A stretch of DNA of 64,000 nucleotides, from the NCBI GenBank assembly GCA_951406725.2, contig OX597822.1:37076001-37140000 (forward strand), written 5' to 3'. The position numbers and the translations under genes were made by a program. The stretch is from Octopus vulgaris (lineage: Eukaryota). Position 1 is the stretch's first letter. Every line of letters begins with the position of its first letter. Below, one piece after another: positions 23,940 through 37,096 of this stretch. The notes below the pieces were generated by a model, which saw nothing but the letters and a program-made list of their open reading frames with translations, was not told where the DNA came from and did no database searches.

Positions 23940-26900
23940 TTTTCGGTGCTCGTGTAGTCTAAGCAGACAAACACCCTCTCAGCTGTGTCACCCTTGTTCC
24001 AGTAGAATGTTTATAATATAAGAAATAGGAAAAAAGGCTGCACCAGCAATGGCTGGCATTCATTACAGAGTGTAGCCTTCAGCAATATAGAATGAATTGC
24101 CTTGCTCAAAGAAATAATGTGCCACCTAGTCTAGAAATTGAACCTGCAGCCTTACAATTACAAGCCAAACTCCCTAAACCACTTGGCCATGTGCCTCTAC
24201 TTTAGTAGCTACAAAGCTAGTCATTTCAATCACTGATGATTTGACATCCATAACATAGTAAAAAACTGTATCGTTAATATTAGCTTTCTTTAGATCTGGA
24301 TCATAATTAAGCTTCTAACATCTGACCTTACACAGCTTCAGTGGGACTACAACAGAGTTTGCTCCAACATATAAGGATGCTATTACATGCATGATAATAT
24401 GATAATATTTTACCAAATAAAAAGAAACCATCTGGTTGATTAACATGAACTCACTCAACACACATTCCAACTTACAGACACACTGTCACCTCACTGTTAT
24501 TTATAACAGTTTCCATACAATTGCATACCATTTCCTCCACTTATTCTGGGTCTCACAATGCTAACTCCTTCATCCCAACCCCACTTCCTTTGTCATCAAC
24601 CTTCTGGAAATCCCTCTAATCATCATTATTTAACATCTGTTTTCCATTCTGGCATGGGTTGGACGGATTGACAGGTGCTGGCAAACCGGAGGGCTGCACC
24701 AGACTCCAATTGTCTATTTTGACATGGTTTCTACAGCTGGATGCCCTTCCTAATGCCAACCACTTTACAGAGTGTACTGGGTGCTTTTTACATGGCACTG
24801 GTACAGTTGCTTTTTCTGTGACAACAGGATATGTTATGTGATGCCAGCACAGGTACCTTTTATGCAGTGCTGGTGCAGTTGCTCTTTACATGGAACCTCT
24901 AATGTTGAACTAATGATTATTTTAAATGAGCAGGAAGCAAATAAGAGAATGACAAAAATCTGTTTTGTAAACTGAAAATATTTTTAAAATCTGAGAGACA
25001 GCATCTTACCCATTGATTAGGATGTATGCAGGCTAAGCATAGTGTTCTGGTTTCTTAAATAATTTTTAATTCAATTGAGGAAAGTGAATAAAGAGCAGCT
25101 TTCCACGGACCTATTTTACTACCCTCTGCCACAACAAATATTTTTAATGATTTCCATTTTATCTTCAAGGATATTTTCCAAATATGGCCAAACTGGCTGT
25201 CATTTAAGGGTCCCTGTTGCTAGTGCAACCTAAAAAGCACTGCTGCTGGTACCAAGTAAAAAGCATATGGTGGTGACACATACAAAAAAACCCCACTGGT
25301 GTTTGTGCCATTTAAAAAGCACCCAATACATTCTGTAAAGTGGTTGATGTTAGGAAGAGTATCCAACTGGGGAAAGCAAGCCAAAACAGACTATGGAATC
25401 TGGTGTGGCTCCTGGCCTTGCCAGCTTATGTCAAACCATCAAACCAATGTCAGTATGGAAAACGGATGCTAAATGATGATAACATATACCAACATGGATG
25501 TTTTTCTGCTGTCATTCAACCTGCCACAAATGACCGTATCTCCTTCCCTATTGCCATCTTTAACAATGCACTGAGCAATGTATCCACTGATATAAAAATG
25601 ACAACATAACATGGGATTAGGTAATTCCAAGTGAAAATTTAAATTGTAAGAAATTCAGTAGAAAGAATCCCAAACAATTGTCTTTCATACTACCTAACAG
25701 TGTCTTGATTCCAAACTGCCATTAAACATTGTCCAGTGCATCTTTCAGAATTTGTGGTTAAAAAGCTGGTAGTCTTGTCCAATGTGTGACACCTTGGACA
25801 AGTATCTTCTATAGCCTCAAGCCAATTAAGCCTTGTGAATGGATTTGGTAGACAGAAACTAAAAGAAGACTATTGTATACATATATGTATATGCACGAGG
25901 GGGTGCTGAAAAGTTCCTAGCTTTAAGGTTATCATGAAAGGTCTAGTTGGAGACCCAATCTTCTGAGTTCTTTTACAGGGCTTAGAAAAACTGAAGGACT
26001 GCTGCAATAGGTGTTCGAATCTGAGAGGAGAATATGTTGAATAAAATCATAACTGATCCTCCTGTATTTTCTTATACTCAAAGCCAGGAACTTTTCAGCA
26101 CCGCATTGTATGTGTGTGCATGAGAATGTTTACTTTCCATATGTCTTCACATGATACCATTTGAACAAAACAGTGTTATCATGTTCATTCATCATCCTCA
26201 TCATCATTATTTAACATCCATGTTCCATGCTGCCACGAATTGGATGGTTTGACAGGATCTAATGGATACAATGACTGTGTCATGCTCCAGCATTTGCTTT
26301 GGTATGACTTCTATGGCCGGATGCCCTCTCTAATGGCAACCACTTTATAGCTTATACTATGAGCTTTATTTGTGAGGTTACCATGAAGCTTGCAAGACTG
26401 TATAAATATGTGTATAAACATATATATATAAGGAGAGAGTGTGAACCTGTAGAAAACCATCATGTTCATTGTTTAACATCTGTTTTTCATGCTGGCATGG
26501 GTTGGCCGGTTTGTCCAGAGCTGCTCCAGTCTGGTTTAGTATGGTTTCCACAGATTGATGCCCTTCCTAATGCCCAACACATGCAAGTATGGAAAGTGGA
26601 TCTTAAATCATATATATATAATCATCATACATCTGTTTTCCATGCTGGCATGGGTTGGATGGTTTTACAGAGGCTGGTTAGGCAGAAAATTGCACCAAGC
26701 TTCACTGTCTGTTTTGGCTGGGATTGTATGACTGGATGCCCTTCCTAACACCAACCACCTTACAGAGTGACATATGTGTGTGTGTGTGTTAATGCTTGTT
26801 TTTATTCAAATTATATATAACAATTTAAAATGAAACTGAAAGATAACTCAATATTTTTATTGATTTTTACAAGAAAAAAGCTGACAGTAACTCCAAAGTC

Positions 26901-27875
26901 ATCGCTTACCCACCTTATAAATGTTTGGCAAAGGTGAGCAAGCCAAACTTTGAATTCACTGTCAGCCTTTCTTGTAAAAATGTGATGTGTGTACGTATGC
27001 GCTCGCGTTTGTGAATCCATGCATGCATGCAAGTATATATGTATTGTTCATATAATCACTATTCAAATATGGTTATTGTTTTAAAACATGTTAAAGAAGT
27101 AGAAAGCATTTAGATGATAATAATAGTGATGGTGTGATTATATAGTATGAGTAGTCAGTTTGATCTTTACAACATTTGTATATATTGTATATCTTTACAA
27201 AATTTGTATAAACATGCATGCATTAATGTATTTCTAATTAGTATACTTCGCTGGTAAGGTCTAATAATACCGAAATATGTTTAGAGTTATGACTGCACCA
27301 ATGATAAACATTTTTATTCCTCATGCTGTATTTTATATTTAAGTGATATGCAGGGTTGTCCCCCCTACCATGTATGCCCATTATTGATCGTTTACAAAAT
27401 GGCTTTTTTTATAACTAAGTGTTTAATTTTAATTAATATCTTGTTTTACTGTACAAAGTACGTTAGCATCCACTTTTTCAAGCAGCTAACCTCCCTGTAT
27501 TTTACTCAACCCTCTAATATTTGCTACGTTTTGAGTACCCCTCATAGTTATCCCCCTTGCTCATCATTTATGTTGAACTTAGAAACATATCGGACCTTTT
27601 AATCCTTCGACATTATCAAAGATCCCAGGAAATTTCATTCACATTACAAATTGAATTACTTCATCTTTTCATATCTCTTAGCTCACTTAAGCATCCTTTC
27701 ATGTTCTTTTTTGTAAGTATTGCATTTTTTTTACAGTCTTTTTACATGTTTGTAAATTACAAACATTTGTTCTGTTTACATCAAAGTCTGTGCCTCCTAT
27801 AATTATTCATTCAAATTTCATGTTGCTTCTATTTTATTAACGCTGTTTCTAAGTTGACAGCAGCATCAGATTTTC

Positions 27876-28004
27876 GGCGGAGGTAAAGAATACGCATATC
27901 CCCCGTTTTTGGCGTAACAAAAACCCTAATCCTAAACCCTAAAACTAACCCTAAACCCTAATCCTAACCCTCAGCACCGGGTGTGCGTATTCTTTACCTT
28001 CGCC
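27876..28004. mobile_element. 129-bp MITE with 9-bp TSD and telomere-like core
   Basis: TIR ggcggaggtaaagaatacgcata / tgtgcgtattctttaccttcgcc; TSD cagattttc on both sides; internal (CCCTAA)-variant repeats. Confidence 0.88.
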
Positions 28005-30182
28005 CAGATTTTCTGCTTACAGTTAATATAAAGGTATATGTGTGTTTTTTACTTTGAGACTATGCCCAATGTCAAAGGGGTCCTCTATGCGGTCATCCGA
28101 AATAACAGTTAAGATTCCTACTCTTATTTTGTGTTAAGAATGAACACATTGGATCGTCTTCGATTATAGGTGTGTTCGATCAGGGCTCTCCTGGGAATAA
28201 ACAGTAAAAACTGGTACTTAGTTTATCTTTTCTGGAAGAATGACAGATAAATTTGACTTTAGCGGGACTCGCAGTAAACAAACGTGACTAAATACTACAA
28301 AAAATCTGTTCAATCCTGTCATTCACCACCTTACAGAAATTGTCTATTATAGAATCGTTTTCCTTGTCTTCGTATAATTAAAGATGGTTTCTGTCGGAGA
28401 GAGTTCTAGGAATCGATTAATTGTTTAAGTAATTAACAATTTGGATATTATAAGATTTTTCATGATTGGTCGCGGGAACTCGTGTCGTATAACCTAAAAA
28501 TTGTCTTACTGGCGAGCGTAGTCTCTACATGGTGCTGGGCTATCTTGTCTTTCTATCATCAGTCACAATGTATCTAGGACTACACAGGCACAAGATCACA
28601 TAATTTTGTATGGGGGATATAACTGATTAGAACAACTCCTGTATTTGACTAGTTCTTATTTTACCCAGGAAGATATGGGTTCTACTCGGCATGATGTGGA
28701 CTTAAAAACCCAACAGTGGGTTCATATTGATGTAAGTTTACATATGGTACAATATTAGCTTCTTTATTTTTCAAAATGTTATTATTTGAGAGAAGTTTAA
28801 CTGCTATTTCTCGCTGACCATGTAGTAATATTCATGAAATACAATAAGCTTGTATGTTGTGAGGGAGAGATGGGTTCTGACATTTCGGACATACCCAATC
28901 TTCTGGGAAGATATTTGTGATAACATCTCTGAATTCTCAATATTTACCTTAATCCCTTCAATAGTATGTTGATTATGTTTTTGGATTAAAATATTTTTGC
29001 TCTCGATTTTTAATCCATGTAAGGAAATAGAATTAATAAAAGAAAAACAACATACATAACTATAAGTGCAGGAGTGGCTGTGTGGTAAGTTACATGCTTG
29101 CCAACCACATAGTTCCAGGTTCAGTGTCACAGTTGATCCTTCTAATTAACCTCTCCAAGGTGGTTAAATTACGTGGGACTAAAACATTTAATTTGATTAG
29201 GTGATTAACATCTTGCTGGAAATGTTTTCATATTTTGACACTATGAAATAAATGAGGTTTTCAAGCTATTTTATGTCCAGATGGCGTCAAACAGGACCTG
29301 GTAATGAACTAAAATTTGTTATTGTTAGGAACGTGAGACAAGTGAATCTAAGGATCCCGTCTTCAACCATGTGATTTTCTTAACTGCACAAATCCCTTAA
29401 ATGTGTAAAAGACAGCTGTGCAACTTATTTGATCTCTGTAAGTAACTTATTTCATTTCTTGCCTGCCTTGAAGTTAATGCTGTTGAGATTTTAACCCTGA
29501 ACATACATCAATATATTGTAAGATATATAAATCATAACACTCAACTGTTTGAGTTGACAAGACTAGACTTCTAATGTCACAATAAAAGGCACCTAGTAAA
29601 TTTGGTAAAATGGTTGGTGAAAGTACCATAAAGATCAAAGCCCAAACTTAAACCATCTCTTAGTTTAATACCACCACCATGTGGTAACTTAGATACCTTT
29701 ATATATATACTCAAGATGTGTCTTCCAAATATTGTGATTAGAAGTAACAAGAGACAACATTTGTATTCGATGACTGGCATCTGAGCTAGCAGGGTGCAAA
29801 GAGCACCATATGAGTGTGATCGTTGACAGAGCGGCTAACCAGCTTCCGTACCAGTGGCACATAACACGCACCACTCGCGTGTGGTTGTTACCAGCGTCAC
29901 CTTACTGGCACTTGTGCCCCGTGCCAGTAGGGTGCCAAGAGCACCATCTGAGCATGATCGTTGCCAGTACAGCCTGACTGGCCCCCGTGCCGGTGCCATG
30001 TAAAAGCACCCTCTACATTCTCGGAGTGGTTGGCGTTAGGAAGGGCATCCAGCTGTAGAAACTCTGCTAGATCAAGACTGGAGCCTGGTGCAACCATCCG
30101 GTCTGCCAGCCCTCAGTCAAATCGTCCAACCCATGCTAGCATGGAAAGCGAACGTTAAACGATGATGATGATGATATATTCG

Positions 30183-30354
30183 CTATGATAGATCACTAGC
30201 CACTACACATTCTTTATTTTCTCTTCCTGTTTCTTTCTGTGGAAGAGTGTAGGCTCGAAACGTTAAAGACTTTTTCACTTCCCAAGCGTTGAACTAATAC
30301 ATCTGTTTGTTGTCTACACCACCTGTCTTCGTCTTTTGTTTTTTTGTGAGTTCT

Positions 30355-30360
<6 letters not shown>
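30183..30360 (+). mobile_element. Short interspersed repeat, possibly a Penelope-like terminal fragment, next to (TA)n
   Basis: gaagagtgtaggctcgaaacgttaaagac resembles the hammerhead-like motif of Penelope termini. Confidence 0.35.
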
Positions 30361-30395
<35 letters not shown>

Positions 30396-30480
30396 TATAG
30401 ACATATGTATATATTTGATTTAATGTATATAGTTTAAAGTGTTGTATTTCATTTTCACTTAATGTATATTTAGTATCTTA

Positions 30481-30512
<32 letters not shown>

Positions 30513-33254
30513 GATAGATATTTATTTTAAATATTTTAATTAATTGTATCTCATTTTTTAAACAAGAATATGTTTGTTAAAATATTTCGTATTTTATAAG
30601 ATTATTTACGTATATTTATTAATTTATCTAATTAATTATTTTATTATTGTTGTTATCTTTAACCTGAAGAATGGCTATATGTACTTAGAATGTTCACCTC
30701 TGAGGCACAAGTCTGGGCAAGGTTATTTGTGGAAGTCTTGCAGTTGCCCATGCATACCAGCCTCCCCTCTCCATGCCGTTGATGTTATCCAAGGGAAAGG
30801 CAAAGGCTGATACAGCTTGGCACCAGGGACATTGCAACTCATTTCTACAGCTGAGTGAACTGGAACAATGTGAAATGACGTGTTTTGCTCAAGAACAGAA
30901 CAAAGCCTGGTCCAGGTGTCGAACTCACTACTGCGCGATTGTGAGCCCAACATTCTAACCACTGAGTCATGTGCCTTCACTAGGTTGCAGTATATTGCCT
31001 TACTTAATAAAAGACAGCATTATTACAGCTAGAATAACTTTGATCCTAAGTCTGCTGGACTGAGGCTGACTTAGGGTTAAACACATATAGTGTATACTAT
31101 GTTCATTAATTGGCCTTCTTGACTTAAATAGGCCTGTTTTGGTTCCTATGCTGGGTTTCTGCATGTGGTCACATGACCATACCTGTTCATGCTGATTGGA
31201 TGATCTGAGTCATCTAGTCAGACTTCTTTCTACCACAGCAAAATGTGTGGTCTGTTTCAGCATACCCAGTGGCCATAAAAACAAGGATTTTCTTTTGAAA
31301 TACCAGTGAGGAGAGATTCTTGTCACCATGCTTTGTGTTTTTCCTGCACACCTTAACATGAACAAGCTGCATGAGGAACCAATGTATTTCAACAGAATTA
31401 TTCATGTGTACCACTTTGCTGCATCTTCTATTAGCAGTGAAATAAATGCAGCAGTCAACTTTAACTTGTATCTTCATTTTACTTGATGCTCTTTATCATG
31501 ACTCATTTGAAACCAGAAGATTATAATATTACCAGGGCCTTAGGCACATTCACCTTTTTGACCTCACTAAATACAAATGCAGAACATGTTAGATAATGTA
31601 GCCTTTGTTATAATTTAATAAAAGTTAGGTTGGTCATGGTCGGAAGATCTTTGATCAATTATAGGTCTTTTGAAGAATTTCGTAAGAATATATTTCCTTG
31701 TTATATATATTATTTCAAAGGGTTGAATATATTCTGTATTAGGCGAAGTTTTGGAGTAGCTGTCCTGTGATGTCTTATTGTTCATGTTAAGAGAGGAGAT
31801 GAAGGCAAAAATGTTTTTTTAGAATCGTAATTTGTATTGTATGAGACACTAAGATTCTTTTATCAGTTTCAGCCAGAGGCTGGGGCCATGCTGGAGCACC
31901 ACCCTTTTGCCGAAAAATAAAGGGAGAGAGATACTCTTTTCCTTTCACATGAAGTATGAGATTTTGAGGGAGAGCTATTCCAAAAATTTATTACGTATTG
32001 TATCTTTTCTGTTTCAGAAAAGATATATTAATCTCTTTCTCTCTCACGCGCGCGCGCACTTTCTCAAGGGCTATACATTCGCAGGATGCCTCGTATACAG
32101 TAATTCAGTATGTAAAAAATAATGGACAGTTTGAGTTCAAACTGTAGCTTCTGTATGCTACAGATGATACATTTACCATTTATAAACAATAAATCAAGCT
32201 GTACAGATTAAGGTCAGGTTGTATCTCTATCGAGATTTGGTCAGGATTAACTTCAGACATGCTTATGACTCATTGCCTGTTGTCTAGAACTAAGCTTCTA
32301 GCTCGTGTTAACTGACCGGATCGCTGCTTGATTCCATCGTCAATATCCTTCTCATGCAAGCTTCACTAACCCCACCATCTCCTTTATTCCCTATATTTCC
32401 CGTCGGGCTACAAATCTTTATATTCAATACCTGTTACAATTGTTGTTTGTAGTGATGATGATGCGGCCGACCTACTTTAATAAGTAAAAAAATTTCTTAC
32501 AAAGATGCTTCCTATTTCTTGTTCAAGATTCAGCACGGCAGAAACAAAGGCTATGGTGGGGATAAACCTGACCTTACACCCTTTTCCTGGTAACAGAAAC
32601 CACCGAGGGTCTCGTTTTTAGGACGATCTCATTATATATTTACATACATGCTGATATATATATACATGAAAAGGATGGCTAGGCGTTATGAGAGGGGAGG
32701 TAATTATTAAACATTAGTATGCAACATAAAACTGATATCTGTATACAGTTAATATGTGTCCCTAGTTAACTCCCCTTATTAGCTTTCTTCTGTTTACTGA
32801 AGTTAGAAACATCCCAGATATTATGTCCTTATATTATCTGAGATCCCAGGGGAACTTCATTCAAATTACAAATGTAGAAAACTACTTTATCTTCTTATAT
32901 ATCGGCTAAATTAAGATAAAAACTGCTTCATCTATTCACACCTATCTGCTGGCTTCAATTGCCATTCATGTTCTTGCTGTAAGTATTTCGTTGTTTTATT
33001 TACATTTTTGTTGACATATTTGCTGCACTTACATGAAACCCGGTGTCTGCTTTTGTTCAAATGCCAATGTATTACTCTTTTTTGTACATCTGCCGCAGCA
33101 TCAGAGATATTCTGTATAGTTCTCATGTAAATGTTAAAAATGCCAAAGGTTTTGTTTTTACATGGGTTGGCTCATAATTACAAAGACAAAGGAACGCTTT
33201 CATGAAGAAAACGGCTTATCGTTCGGATTAAAGAGGATTATAGTCGTCACAGAC

Positions 33255-33311
33255 AGTTACTTCCCCTCCATAACATGGCGGCTGCTTTGAAAATGATTGT
33301 TTGAAGTATGT
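33255..33311 (+). promoter_or_regulatory. Candidate core promoter / short first exon of the zinc-finger gene (YY1-type motif, uORF, donor)
   Basis: AACATGGCGGC (33272-33282) in a locally CpG-rich patch; uORF MAAALKMIV*; donor gaa|gtatgt at 33306. Confidence 0.4.
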
Positions 33312-34513
33312 GTGTATATATATATATGTACGTGTGTGTATACACACACATACATTTACACCCCTAAAACAGAACAAATCCTTGTTACAGCTGTAAAGCT
33401 TATATGCCGAGAAGAAGACGAAGTAAATTGCAAGCATCTGATATTTAATGCTTTGCAAGGAAGTCTGTTGTGTAAAATATGGGGATGGGGTGTAAATATG
33501 AAAGGTTTATGTCTCTGATGTAAAAGGCTTACGGATATTAAGATGACCGAGGGGTGAGATAACGTTGTTGTGGTGTATTTGTATGGGAAAGATCCGCTTT
33601 AAACAAATGCAGCTCGAAACATCCAGCTAATGTTGGACATGGTCTTCTGCTATAATTTCATTCGCATCTAGAATGCTTTGAAGGAATATTGTATCAGTCT
33701 CACTTCGTGGCTGGTACTTTATTCTATCGACCCCGGAATGTAGAAAGTAAATGTTGACTTCAGCGAGATCTAAACTTAGAACGTGAAGCGCCTTGATGGA
33801 TTGACAGGATCGTTGAGCATCGAATAAACTGACATGTATTATTTAGTTATGGCCCTTTACGCTCTGAGTTTAAATCTCGCCAAAGTTTACATCTTGGCGT
33901 CTGTAAAATACATAGTAGTGAGGTTGATTTAATACTCCTCTGAAGCATCCTTGTTGAGAATGTATAATGTAGCATTAAGCCCTTCGCAGGTTTTAAAATC
34001 ACAGCTGGTCCTTTGCATTTAGTTGGGTCTACTCTGTTGCAAGCATTCGGGCCAGGTCTTTGGCGTGAGAATAACTGTCTGCCTCCTAGTTGCACCGACT
34101 CTGGAAAGGATTTTAAGCACAGTGCCCTGTCTCTTGTGTTTTATACATATAAAAGAATAGAATAAGCTATACTGTTATGGGTGAAGGTCACATTAGGACT
34201 GCCTTTGACCATAGCTCAGTCAGAGTTGACCTGGGATGAAACAACAATAACTATAGATATTATTTATGTAGAGAGTATATTTCTACTTCGACTGGAAGTT
34301 TGGGTGGGGGAAATCGGTTTCTTCTCTTTTATTTGTAAGACAAAATAAAATGTAATCAGCAGAACCCCAGCACTTTTTTTTTTTTTTTATGTTTTAAGCC
34401 TCAATCCCATTTGCCGAACCGTTAAGTTACAGGAATGTAAACACACCAACACCAGTTGTCAAGTGGTAGTAGGGAACAATGACCCACACATACATACATA
34501 CATATATATAATA

Positions 34514-35309
34514 CAGGATGTTGTGAATATATTATCTAAATTACGCAAAAATTAAAATAACACTGACATCTCATTTTAACAGATATATTTACAAAAATTA
34601 CATAAAAATATCTTGAAATACTAAAGAGTAAATTTATTCAGTAAAATCACCTTTGGCTTCAACCACAGTCTTCTTGTTTAAGTTGGTGAATGCTGCCATA
34701 ATTCTTGCCTTCACTTCATCTTTAGTGTTTCAAGGAGTTTTGTTGTCTCTTGCTCAACTGTGCCTCACACATAATAATCAAGGGGTTGCAGTCTGGGGAG
34801 TTAGGTGGCCAGATGTTACGGGTGATGTGGTTGCAGAAATTGTCTAATAGCCATGATTGGGTTCTCCTGCCTGTGTGGCATGATGCAGAGTCCTGTTGCC
34901 AGACATAGGGTGTTCCGGCAGCCACTCTCCTCCAGGCACTTTATGCAGGTCTCTGTGTTGAGTCTGGGCTGTGTGGGAGGATGAATGGAGGCATAACATC
35001 GCCATAACTAGTGATCACTTCAAACATGTTGAATGGATGTTTGATTTTTATCACTCTTAGTACATATTTTGGGGACACGGCAAGCCAACAGTTGTTCCGT
35101 GTGTCCGCCACTGTACTGGAGCTTCCGGCACGAATGCCAAGCAGTACAGCATGTCATTTCCAGAGTGAATTGCATCATGGTGCTGTTTTTCTCTCAGACA
35201 GTGCCCAACTGACCCTACTATACCGTGTAGTCTACAAAATCAAATGCAAACAATGCACATGTGTGAAATTAAAAATATAAAATGGCAACAATTTACCCAT
35301 TGCACCCTG
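34514..35309 (-). mobile_element. Internally deleted Tc1/mariner (maT/DD37D-like) element nested in a SINE microsatellite
   Basis: YVWQQDSASCH...WPPNSPDCNPL; termini caggatgttgtg / tgcaccctg. Confidence 0.8.
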
Positions 35310-37096
35310 TGTTTCTTACAAGTTTCTTACAGTTTCTGTGTACCAAATCCACTCACAAAGCTTTGGTGGTCCAAAGTACCACACAGTGGGATTTAACCTG
35401 GAACCATGTGGTTGGGAATCAAACTTCTTTCTACACAGCCATGCCTGTGTGTTTAACCAGCCTGAGGGAATTTCAATATGGTTGGTTAACTTCAGATTAT
35501 GCTACATCATCTTATAAAAGAAAGTTGCATTGGATGAGGTAGTCCTAGATACATGCTGAAGGAAAACAATGGGAATTCATGGTTAGAAGAACTTTGATCG
35601 TTATTATTATTTTATTGTGGCCAGGTTCCTGGGCTGCAGCAACAAGGTCCACCCACTACATTTCTCAGTCCACTATCACTGTCTCAAGGTCCTGGATACT
35701 TTCCAGGCCAGTGTCTGCAATCAAGATGTTGATGTGTGATGGCATTTTCCCCATTTCACATCACCATGAAGTGGGTTCCACAACCCTAATTTGGATGCTT
35801 CCAGTTCAGATTGGAACCAGATGGTTGCAGCTATCTTTGCCTGATCTCCTTTCTAACTTTTGGTAGGTCACCATAAAGGCATTGATTTGTCATATGTTGC
35901 TACCATTTCACATTTAGGGCCATTTGTAGCATCCATTTATTTAGTCTGTTTGATAAGTTCTTTGTGAGTGTCAATAATTGGTCATAGGTCTGCTTGATCA
36001 CACAATCCACCAATTCCTACTTTAAGCATTTGTGTAATTTTATCTCAAGGCAATGGTTGACACAACTCATTCCATACATATGAACAATTTATCTCTATGT
36101 GGGGTGAGTTTCTTTAAAGTTGAGTTTGAAATCAAATTTCCCAAATCACACATGAAAATACAACATGGTGCAGATATGGTAACCTGGTTAAGAAATTTAC
36201 AATCATGTGCTTCTAGTTTCAATACCACTGTAGCACTTCAAAGATTGTAGTCAGACATAGCCTTGATTGTGAAATTGATAGACGTTAAAACAATGGTGTC
36301 TTGCTGGATGTGCGTGTGATGGAGCAGATGTCAGAATGCTTAAGAAAAACATAGTAGTATTTCGTTCCATCTCAGTACCTTCCCTTTACACCAAAGAATA
36401 AAAGACTTCAAAATAATATTACATGCATAATATATAATAAATTAATTATTGTACAATATACTAACAGATATGCTTCTAAGGAACATATCTGTTACATATT
36501 GTAATAAAAAAAACATGCTGAATAGGTGACCTGCTTGATATGTGTTGGTGTACACACTTTTCTTGAAATTTGTACATCTATATTATTGTGTACAGATTGT
36601 ACAGTATAATTGCTGATTATATTACCTGTACTAATATGTAATTAATAAATCACATGTTTGTGTATATATTAATGTGTGTGTTTCTTATTCAAGACAGTGT
36701 GGTGTGTTTTGAGGAAATCTTGGCTGCTATTTGTTGCAAGTTGAGCAACCATATTAGAAACTCCATTGTTTACTGGTAGTGGTGTTGTTAATGAGGATTT
36801 TTATGATGTTATTTTTGTTATAAATATTAATGTTATAAAATTTCATTTGCAGTGACACATTTTATTTCTTTTTTTTTATTGTAGTAATTGCCAAGGGAAA
36901 CTGGTTTGTTGTCTGAATGTCTCAGACGTACAGAATCATTGACTTTTGAGAAAGTAAATTGCTGTAGCAAGACTGTTTGTCTCCCCCTGCATCCTGCAGC
37001 ACTATGTTACCTGTTAACTACATGGCGTTTATTGTCTGACTCCTGCCTTTATATTGACTGTCTTTATTGCAACAAGAACATTTTCACATTGCAACG

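Noticed and set aside
30230-30272. Functional hammerhead in the Penelope-like fragment
   Set aside because: Core reads CTGTGGAAGA rather than CUGANGA; at best a decayed or atypical motif.
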